Source: Lophium mytilinum
Lineage: Eukaryota
Reading direction: 5' to 3'
Assembly (NCBI GenBank): GCA_010093605.1
Contig: MU004184.1
Coordinates: forward strand, 1,870,801-1,934,800
Length of the DNA stretch: 64,000 nt
Position 1 is the stretch's first letter, and each line of letters starts with the position of its first letter. The position numbers were made by a program, and so were the translations under genes. Below the pieces are notes generated by a model. That model did no database searches, was not told the origin of the DNA, and worked only from the letters and a program-made list of their open reading frames with translations. This document shows, in pieces, positions 38,593 to 49,118 of this stretch.

Positions 38593-38977
38593 TTCGGGTA
38601 TATTTTGGGGGTTTGGGGCGTTTTGGGGCTGTGGTAGATGTGCGTTAGCAAAGCGAGACGTCGATTTGACTGTTTTCCTTCGATGTCGATATTTACTGTA
38701 CTAGAACTGTCAGTGCGCCCCTAGATGTATTAACGAGTTGTTACGGCCACCATTCTCGTCTTCGAAGGGGTTACATACTTGGAAACGCACATAGCGATCA
38801 TTTCATGAAACTCAAATCGTTGCTTATCACCCGAACTTGATCGCGAAGCTGGAGAGCTGTTAGCAGTTTTATACGACACTAAAGCTCTATTAAGACACGT
38901 TAGCGCAATATCAAGACACAAAGGGATACAGTGATTCAAGGTATTCCAATTTCCAGCGCAAATGGTATCAATACAGA

Positions 38978-41012
38978 TCATACTCTCCCCTCTCCATCGC
39001 CATCTCCGTCCTCCTCTGTGTCATCGCTTGGTTCATGGCCATCGTCTCGCCACCTCTTCCTCCACCACTTCAGTCTGAACCAATCCCCGAGCCCTTCCTG
39101 CTGCCGAGACCTCCTCCTTTGATCCCCAAAGCCCCAGCTAGTACTCGCGGGTCTCCGATCTGGGCTAAGCAGCCCGGAGGTCGCCATGCTGGCATCAGTC
39201 TCGTCCCCTTCATCCGCATGCTCATGAGTGGTGCCAGAGCTTTCTCCGACCTCTGGGGCCTTTCCGAGAGAGTCGCGGGAACCCCCGAAGCCCATGCCCT
39301 CCCACCACGACCGCCGCTGGTATTGATCTACCCACGTCGTGTCTTTCCTTCGTGCAGGTAAGGTGCCTGATCGTGGTCTCGGTCGTTCGAGGTCTGCAGA
39401 TCTCCGCCCAGAGCGAAAGGAAGCGGTGTGTCGCGGATCCTCGCGATCGTTGAGTTCGTCCCATATCTCGCCGGCTTCCTGCGATATAGTCATGCGGCGC
39501 CGCCTGACGGTGGGCCGGCGTATGCTAGGGCTCAGCTTCGGGCTTGCTCTCGGGAGCGATTTGCGCTTCTTAGAATGAGTAGTTTGAGAGAATGCTGGAG
39601 ATGTCGTTGTGCGGAGAAGTGGTGTCGATTCGTCTGCGCTTCGCTTGCGCTTCTGGTCTTCTATGGATGGGAACTTTGCTCTGGGTGGTGAAAATCCGGT
39701 TTCCTCATCGAATGGATGTTCGATATTTGGAGACTGCAAGAACTCTGGTAGACCTTCTTCTTCGTCCCCACTTTCTTCATCGGACATGGTTGGATTGATA
39801 AGCCCCATTCCAGGGGTTAGTGCACTGTGAGGTGTTGGGACACGACCCCTGTGTTTAATGTGCATCGTTGGTGAAGCAGGTTCGTGGGTAGATTCGTCTA
39901 GTCTCCAGCTCAGAGCCAGGACTCCCGAGAGGAGTATAACGGTTCCAACGGCGATTAGTCCGGCGTGTAGTGCGGTTAGTCTTGAAGATTGGTGGAAATA
40001 AATCAGACCGTCCAGGATTGCAATAATATTGTAAATGCAAAAGACAAGCGGGTATAGAACGCTGGTGCTGCAAAGTTTCAATCCGCGGTGCATGTAGTAG
40101 AGCTGCGACAGAGCGAGAGCAACTAGGCCGAGTAGAATCATCCATGATTGCCACCGGTTGAACTCGTTGTGGCGGTCCACGATGGTCCGAACGAGCAGTT
40201 CAACAGCACTCTTGGCAACCAGGAGGGAGTGCGCAGAGAGAATACCACTGATGCAACCAAACAACATGCCACGCACCAGGCGGATTCGAGGTGTCGGCCG
40301 GGGGTAAAGGCGATGCAGGGCCCAGGTTCCGATCATGATGAATATGACTATGACCGCGGTGCCCCCAATCCAGAGCAGGAATTGGCGCCTGCCAAGGAGT
40401 GACAGCAACTGGTCAAGATTGTGTGAGGGCTCCGTGAGTGCACCGAATATTCCTATAAGGACCGCACCAGTGGCGACTAGGAGAGTACCGACGAGGGAGT
40501 ATCGAGTGAACGGTTCGCTGAGGATTAGGGATGCGCATATGGAATTGAAGACGAGTCCAGACTACTTTATGTCAACAACGCTCTGCATGGGAGATTGCTT
40601 ATTCAGAGGTAACATACTGCTTGTAACGTCGAAAGAACAGGCAGCGGAAGGGTAGTGATTTGTATGGTACTTCCGACCAGGTTCGAGACGATGAACATGA
40701 ACATTCCCAGCTACGCATGTTAGCCACGCCCTTCGGATCACCCAAGATATGTCTAGGGCTGCTAACCTGCCATCTTCGCCGCCTGTACGGTGGTCGCCTC
40801 GCGTGTCCATCTTCCTTCTCTTCTTCCAGGAGGTGCGATTTCCGCTGGAGAGTCAAGCCGATGCTCTGAACACTGGTGGAAAGCAGTCCAACAATCACTC
40901 CAAGCTGCACGTTGAGAGGTCAGCGCTTGCTCTCTGATTCCCTCCGACTGAATATAGGAGGGAGGAATGGACTACTCACAGCGACGCTGGCGCCGGCGGA
41001 GAGCTCCACCAT
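38978..41012 (-). CDS. NIPA/DUF803 magnesium-transporter-like membrane protein, multi-exon
   Basis: MVELSAGASVA|LGVIVGLLSTSVQSIGLTLQRKSH, PYRRRRW, ILSAHSLLVAKSAVEL, QLYYMHRGLKLCSTSVLYP; long disordered C-terminal tail. Confidence 0.85.
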
Positions 41013-41545
41013 GCTACCTTAGTATCTGGCGCGGAGGCAACGCAGGCGGGGGTCGCACACAGGCTATTGCTACCTGTACGGCGGGTGCATGCTGTAAGGC
41101 GTGTCCTGGGGTCCTTGTGGAGTGGCGGTGGGCGCGAAGAATGGCGGAGCGAGGGCTGGAGTGTTGCTGTGACGCAGCTGGAGTTCACGAGATGTTGCAC
41201 GGGTCGTTGGCAGCCGAGCAGTTTGGCAAGGATCAGCGGTGATGTCGTTGAACGTCGCTGGATGGTCGAGAGTCAATATAGAAAAGGGCCTTAGGGAGTC
41301 GTGTTTTCTAGGTGTGTAGCTGGAGGCGTGTATGCGTTCGGAAGCTATTATTCACGCATCTGCAGGCCCGCAACGCTGTCCGCTGTTCGCATCTTGAATA
41401 GTGCTTGCTTTTCACGCGTATCGCCGTTAACGATTCCTAGCGGAGCTCGACCTTCAACCTAACCTCCACCATCACCACCCCTCTACCCGCAACCCGCACC
41501 TCCACAGCTCAAGCAGAGCACCGCGACCTCCCCCAGCCATCCGCC

Positions 41546-42360
41546 ATGTCGCAGGTCCACGCCATGTCTGACGACCAGGTCAGCACAGCTCCAATGCCCG
41601 CAGCCAGGCAGCTCCAGCTCCAAGCTCCCCACACTGACCAGATGTCCTGCAGGTCGCCGGCGAGCTGAAGAAGATGACCGCCTTCATCAGGCAAGAAGCT
41701 CTCGAGAAGGCCAACGAGATCCGCCTCAAGGCCGACGAGGAGTTCGCTATTGAGAAATCGAAGCTGGTGCGCCAAGAGACAGCCGCCATCGACTCGTCCT
41801 ATGAGAAGAAGTTCAAGCAGGCCTCCATGTCGCAGCAGATCACCCGCTCCACCGTTGCAAACAAGACCCGGCTACGTGTGCTGAGCGCCCGCCAGGAGGT
41901 GCTGGACGACCTATTCCTGCAGGCTGGGAAGAAAATCCCCGATTTCACCAAGGATAAGGCCAAGTACCAGAAGATTGTGACGAACCTGATTCTGGAGGGG
42001 CTGTATGCCCTCAACGAGAGCAAGGTGCAGGTCAAGGCGCGGAAGGCCGACTACGATATTGTCAAGAAGGCTATCCCCGATGCGCAAAAGGAGTACAAGA
42101 AGAACGTGGAGAAGGAGGTCGCCATAACCATTGATGAGAGCGATCCGCTGCCCGAGGGCTCGTAAGTGACGCTCCCATAGGTTACCTAATTGCGTCTAAC
42201 GCTTCACAGGTCCGGCGGTGTCTTCGTTGTTGGTACAGGGGGCAGGATCGACATCAACAACACCCTAGAGGAGCGATTAAAGCTGCTAGAAACCGACGCC
42301 CTACCCTCTATCCGAGTCACACTGTTTGGAGAAAACGAGAATCGGAGATTCCACGACTGA
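41546..42360 (+). CDS. VMA4: V-type H+-ATPase subunit E, three exons
   Basis: [70 protein letters not shown]. Confidence 0.96.
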
Positions 42361-42878
42361 GATTGCATGTTGCAGCAGAATATGGGCAAGGTGGAGCTGA
42401 TCCGGATGAGTGGTGCAGTACTGGCTTGGCAGATGAGCATCTATGGTCATTCGGCTGCTACAGGAGTAGGAGGTCTTCCCATTTCCTGGTACATCCTCAG
42501 CGGTACTTGTAGAATATGTGGACTCTTGTTTTGGTTCTAAACTGTGCAAAGTCTTATTCCATAAACAGTAGTGGGGCACTCTGCTACACTAATCCAAACT
42601 TTACAACCACATTTTGCTCGCACCATATAGAATGTGTTGCAGGAAACCTCATACATGTTAATCCGACGCCTTGCGAAATAAATATATATTGGAATATCTC
42701 AGCAGGCCAGGCTCCATAAAGACCATTGAGCACACACATGAAGCAGCCGATCACATACATGAAACGACACTCAAATCAACTTGTACGATAGACAATTCAA
42801 TCATATGATTCCCTAAATCCCTGCCATAATGCAACCCAATTCAAATACCCTGCGCCAAGCAACATCTCATTACTCCCT

Positions 42879-43414
42879 CTATGCCGCACCCTCCTTACGC
42901 TGGCCAGTGTAGAACGCCAGCCCATAATCCTCCGTCGTGAAAGTGATCTTAGCGTCCTTGGGGAAGTAAAACACATCCCCAGGAACCGCATGCACCTTGT
43001 TGCCCGCCTCGTCCGAGATATCGAACGAGCCCTCGACGATGATCTTCATCTCGTGGTATGTGTAGGTGTAGACGAGGGGCGTGCCCTTCTCGAGACGGTA
43101 GAAGCCGCACGAGATGGGCTTTTCGGGGTCGATCTTCTCGCTGTGGGGTGAAGAGGGTTAGCTGGTATTTGAAATACTGGCTGGGAGGGGATGAATGCGA
43201 GGGGGCATGTGTCAGAAGTGGATTCTGGAGGAGATGATGCTTACCTGCTCAAGACGTCACCGAGGAAGGCGTTCTCGTTGGCAATGAGTGGTGGCTTGAA
43301 GGTCGATTGTGCCTTGGGGATGTGGGTCATGGCGACGGGTGCAGACATCTTTTCGGTTTTGGCGGGTTTGGGGGAGGAGGTGGTGGATTTGACTTTGCTA
43401 ATGAAGGTGCCCAT
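42879..43414 (-). CDS. EutQ-like cupin protein; intron 43141-43244; alternative starts at 43414 and 43348
   Basis: Not in the ORF track; spliced product ..PLIANENAFLGDVLSSEKIDPEKPISCGFYRLEKGTPLVYTYTYHEMKIIVEG..AVPGDVFYFPKDAKITF..YGLAFYTGQR. Confidence 0.88.
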
Positions 43415-44858
43415 GGTGTCAGTGAGGGATACCGAGTGTGATTGAAAGTCGATTAAGTATTACGGCGGAGAGAGTAGATTTGGAGATACGAATATGAAGA
43501 TAGAACGAGAGCATTATCGAGGGCACTCACCACTAAATAGAATATCTGTCTTGCGATCAGCAGCTAAGAAGTGACAGCTGCACAGTGAAGCTTTCAACAC
43601 AAGATAAGAAGCCTGTTAAGTATTGAAAAGGTGTGGCACGTCGGGCTGCAATTGGTAAAAGGGAGCTGGATGACCTGCAGTTGTGCAGCATACCCTATCT
43701 CAAGTTATATAGCGTATCCAGCCCTCTAGCACGCCTCTCAGCCCAGTCAGCATCAGCAGCACAGCAAGCTACCAGCTCAACGGATACCCCGCCATCAAGC
43801 CCCACCGTGCCAACGAGTGCCTCGAAGAAGGAAAGAAAGCGTGTGGCAGAGGGAAGTGTTTGCTGGATTCAGCATATTCAGGATGCGCGAGGGGCATGTC
43901 TGGGCCCGGTTGTCCACTGGAACCCCTCCGATTGTCGGGATGTGCATGCTCGTGAGACGGAGTCTGCATCGCACAGGTGGCGAGGAATTCCAGCTTCTCT
44001 GTGCCACTTTCGTCTGGCTGACTTGGACTTACTAACGCTACTATTTCCGAGAATTGGTTGCCCATAGACTAGCAATCGGTGGGTGTCGGTGTTATCGTGC
44101 AGCTATCGAGAAGAGGGGCTGGACTTGCTGCCCCAATTGGGCATAAAGCGCCAAGTGGGGAGCAGCGTGCACTTCATCCCTGCTGACCTGGGTATCTTCT
44201 TTTGACCTCATCGAAAACGCGTCTTCATTCCAGCGTTGTTGTCCTCTTCTTCGATTCTTCGAGAGTGTTGGGATAGGTGCGCGAGTCTTTAAGGGGTTTC
44301 ATCACTGTTCTGCCTCGTAAAATCGACGTTGTAGTCCTTAGACCAGAATAGACCAGGTTGATGAATGGGAGAGATGACTAAATTCAAGCAAGCCTTTCAA
44401 CCGTTTCCCGGTCAGCTCCTAGGAATAGTTCATTCTCCTCCTCGCCACGAGCGTCCGTTTCGAGTCCAACAGTCCCCAGCGACAGGCGAACCACAATTGG
44501 AAACGAAAACCCAGTGTACTGAACCACCTACGACGATTTGATGGGAGACTGGACTGTTGATGGAACTGTTGAGCAGATCTTCCCGCTTGAGACATGTCAA
44601 TGGGTTCATTGAGAACTTGGGAGTCTGGGCTCATTTCTCGTTGAGCATTCTGCAGAGAATTACAATCGTGTTGGTAGACCTACTTATACATCGAAACTCA
44701 GCGAGCACGCTTAAGAGCATAACATCACCTTTTCCCTTAACCTTGATTCCTGAACCCCATCGCTTGTGGATATCTCGCTACTACCAAATGAGAAACCAAA
44801 CTTCCTTCGAGACAAGAACAACCAATTGGGAATAACGACTCGTCCGCAAGCACTTCGA

Positions 44859-46153
44859 TCACAGGCTCACATCGTGGAAGCTCGCTTTGTCGTCCTCTGG
44901 TGTCTTACTGCCCTCCCCTTGCTTTTCTCTCACGGGCAACCCAGCTTCCACAGCTTTCTCATTGGCGCCCTCATCCTCCTCTTCAGAGCTCTCCTCCTCA
45001 TCCTCCACGCTAGGACTTGATGGCTTGAGATCTGAAGTGCGGACCTTCTGCTCGCCCGTTGCTGTCTTTGGTTCAGGGGCCTCATTCGAGACCTTCTCCT
45101 GTTCGGGGTCAAACTTAGGCGGCGGGGGCGGTGGTGTTTCCTCTTCGCTACCGCTTCTTCGGAGATCGGTCCCAGGAGAGCTCCTAGAGCTCCTCTGACT
45201 CGCAGTTTGTCTTTCAGGAGTAGGCGGTGTGACTTGAGTAGTTGGACTGGGCTGAGGTTGCTGGGGACTTCTAACTTGCTGCTGCGGCGCGCCCACCCCA
45301 GGGCCAACCTGCCTCAGCCTGGGATCTGCGTTTAGATAGTACCCTCTCACTCCCACCAGTCTGCCCTCGCGCTCGCAACCCTTGATCCAGTCTGGAACCA
45401 CCACAGGGATGTTGTTCTCCACTGCCTTCTCCCAAGCCTGACCTCTACCCTCTGTGCAGACAAAGTGCGTGGTGTCAATTCGAACTGTATCCACAATCTT
45501 TGCGCCAATCCGCTGCACTGTCGCGTTCAGCGATTCGCGCAACGCAGCAGGCATCTGGCCCGGTGTGATCGTGATGCCCGACAGCTCCGTCATCTTATGC
45601 GTCATGACCTTCAGCTTGTCGCTCGAATATGTTCCTGCGCTCGTTTTCAGGACTAAGTGGAATGTGTACTCCGTGTCAACCGCCAGGCCGCTCAACTTTG
45701 TGCTGTGAACCTCGCGGGGGTTCGGGATCGTGCCTGCCTTGCTGCCATTGCGGTAGAGCGTCAGGCCGCGCAGCGATGCGGTCGCAATATCGATGGGGTC
45801 CCATTCTAGGACGACGGAGGTCTGAGTTGCGTTCCGGCAGCGCAGCACCGGGGGAGACGGTGTCTTCTGGCCAAAGGTGCGGAATATCGTGCTTTGGAGG
45901 CTATGGAAGGCAGAGGAGGAGCGGGACTCGGATTCATGGTTGCGACTGACGGTAATGTCGACGATTGAGCCGGAGGAAATGTCTGGTGGGAGAAGGATTG
46001 ACGGGAATTCGATCTGTCCGTATGTAAGAGGGGTGCTGCGGCGGAGAGCTGGGAGCGCGTCAAGGGCATTGGAGAGCCTACCAGGCGTTTGTCTTCAGTC
46101 AGAAGCACGGCAACGCCGGCGTCGACTTTCCCAACTGTGAGAGAAACTAGCAT
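44859..46153 (-). CDS. CHS5: Chitin synthase export (exomer) protein Chs5: N-terminal dimerisation, FN3 and BRCT domains; intron ~46016-46081
   Basis: MLVSLTVGKVDAGVAVLLTEDKRL|IEFPSILLP; FN3 NATQTSVVLEWDP..TKLSGLAVDTEY; BRCT IDTTHFVC..IPVVVPDW. Confidence 0.96.
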
Positions 46154-46646
46154 GGTTTCTGGCGTGCGGATTGGACGGCGTGGTGGTGTTCGTGGTGAGA
46201 CGTTATGCCCCCAGCCAGCACTTTCCAATTTGGCTGAACTCCAAATCACGTGACTGGCATCAATCTTCTGGCAAGTACTCTAATGATATGGGTTTGTTAC
46301 TATTACAATGAACAGTCATTAGAGGAAGATACATATTCTGAAGCATCCCATTTGTTCTGCAGTAGTTCAAGATTCAGTTTTACAACACAAGTCTGCTCAC
46401 GCGTTCTCCATGCTTAGGGCATCCCCAGTGGTTTGCAAAAACCTAGGCGCCATCTTAGGTTCGAAGCTATAGAAATCAGGCTTCCTTTTAACTACGGGCC
46501 GACGTAACAGCTAGGCGACTTCCAATGGTGGTATCGAGTGAGCAAGATTCGAGCCGTCCCGGTATGAATTTGAGAGTCGAGACCTACGGACCAGGGACCA
46601 ATCGTTGCTTCACGTAGAAATAATCTGGTCTTGCTTCGTGGTGCTC

Positions 46647-47590
46647 TCAGGGAGACAGCATACCCGGCGAAGTTGACAAGCCACCGGTGCCTTTGTCCTT
46701 AGCTGGAAGGCTTGTATTATGCTGCATCAGAAAGTCTTCTCCACACTTCCTGCACCTCTCGGCTTCGATGTCCTTTCCTCCAAGCAGCTGTCCAAAAAGA
46801 CTAAGAGCAAAGCCAGTAGCGATCATGACTGTGATGAAAACGGCTCGATTGCCAATCCTAATAGGCCCGGAAGCTTGACCAACGTTTTGGATCATTGCAG
46901 AACCGAGACAGACTCCGAAACCAACAAGGAAAAGCGTGATTGCAATGCTTAGCAACTCGAAAGGAACCTGAAGCAACTGATGGGATAGCATGGAGCTCTG
47001 GATGACACGTTTCTGTGCTGCGTTGGTGTAGTAGATGCCATTGGAGAGCCATAGCCGTATAGCTAAAGGATTATCCATGAAGCTGTAAGTGCGGTATTGT
47101 ATGCACGTGAAATACACTGCGAGGAGGCTAATGATGACGGTGGCGCTAAACAAGGCGTGGGCTGAGTAATGGACTTGTTGTACGAATGGTAGTTGAAGCG
47201 CCGTCATAGCCGCTTGAGTAACAAGCGCACCCTAATGAGAGAATATGTAGTCAGCTGTGTAGTCGTGAAAGGCTCATGTTGAATTCGACGTACGATTAAC
47301 GCAATCATCTAAAATTCTGAGAGTTGAGACCGGCGAAAAGCTAGGATCTTCTCATCGCTTCCGGTGTTTATTAAGGCCTCGACTACCTCGAACTCTGAGA
47401 CATCAAACAACAGCCACGGCCTCCATTTGTACCTCTTCCCATAGCGAGATTCTGCGTAGTCGGTCTTGGGCCACGGGCTAGAGAACCCATTCCATACGTA
47501 GCGAGTTAGCAGGGGTAGACGTCCCATCATCCGTGCTGGAGCTCCGATTACTGCGAAGATTTCGATAACCAATTCACTAGGATCAGACAT
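46647..47590 (-). pseudogene. Multi-pass membrane protein gene interrupted by one in-frame TAG (47309-47311); intron 47232-47293
   Basis: Exon 1 reads ..AFRRSQLSEF*MIALI, then canonical GTACGT..CTGAC..TAG intron, then GALVTQAAMTALQLP.. in frame with the 186-aa hydrophobic ORF. Confidence 0.65.
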
Positions 47591-49118
47591 TAGATCGAAA
47601 GTTATGGTCTATTGACAGAAGCAGTTGGTAAGAGTTATACAGTGTAGTAAGGTAGAAGATTCAATTTGATATGTCCTTCTCAGCCTTGTGTTTGGCCCCC
47701 ATCTCCACGCTGCGGCTAGCTGGATGGTTGGGTCGTACAAAGTGCTACTTTGATCAATTTGCTTACCCTGCCTACCCTCCATCTCCACCCCAGAGGGCCC
47801 TCCTCGTTAAAAGGCGGTACACCACTGACGTACCTAGACATGGCTATCCATACGAGTTTGAAGACTAGAAACAAGATATGAAGGTCAAAACAGTGCAAAT
47901 CGGACTGCCACTTGACCAGTGAGATACAGGTTTTCAAGGTTCACAACATGGTGTGAAGGCTACTGCAGTCCAGATCAGACTGCCCTCTGAAAAGTTGGTG
48001 GCCTACCAGTCAGATCACCGTGCTTGGCCCGTTACACATTGCAAATTCGGCTTCGACAAGGCGCTGCAACCGGGCACCAACCATCCGTAGACGCGTATAC
48101 TGATCTGTATGGGTAGGTAAAGTGGCATAAGCAAGGTGATGCAAAAAGGCCCAGGCGATACGGTAAGTGGTGGCAAAGGGGCATATATTGAGCCAGACGA
48201 CAATCGTTCGTGAAGATGTCTTGAAAGCCATGAACCTCTGGTCCTCCAAGCGTTTAGTTCAGGCTCTACGCGCAAATAAATAGCCTAAGCAATAGCTCAG
48301 GTAATACCTGCACTCAGCTAGCTTTCATCCGTTCTTTCTACAAAGACGGTTGCACCCGCTCTGTTGACTCCGCTTTAACATGCTATTGCCTACTCGTTGG
48401 CGCAAGTCTAATCACAGCTTCTCATTGACTATACTATAGAGATGCTACAAGGGCTCTAAAGCGTTAACATTTTTATAGACTATTAGAAGAAGCCCTCCCC
48501 GCGTATCGGGTGGTGCCTATTCGCGCACATTCGGCCATAGTTTTCTCTTTCTGACTGCTTTGATCCGCCGGAATTATGTAAGTTTGATCACACGTTGACC
48601 TTACTATGTCCCAACTGAGCTACGCTGACAAGTATCTCCGCTTCACCAGGTGTCCTCACATGTTTCTGCCCATGTGTTACCTTCTCGAAGAAGTACCATG
48701 TTCGTGCCACCCAGCTCTCCAATTTGAGTGAAGCTGATCCGAGAATGTGGAAGTAGCGACTGAAATACAACGGCGACACGTCCAACTTTGGGCCGCTCAA
48801 TGTCATGGTACCTATATCTCCTTCTTACCATCACTCCTCAAGAAACTCACCGATCCCTTTCCGTATATCCCCGCCGAAACACCATCTCCTATCGCGATTA
48901 TGGAGCTAACTGACGGTTTCGACTGGGATCTCGACCAGAATTGGGGTCATGAAGACGAAAAATGGGTTCCGACTGAAAAGATACTCCGGGTGATGCGATC
49001 GACCTTCTTCATCTACGTCATACAGTATGGTCTGCCAAAGGAGCAACAAATGCTGAATGGGTCCGGGCATGCGGATAGTGGGAAGACGGTGGTTGTGTTC
49101 TACTCATCTACCATCTAC

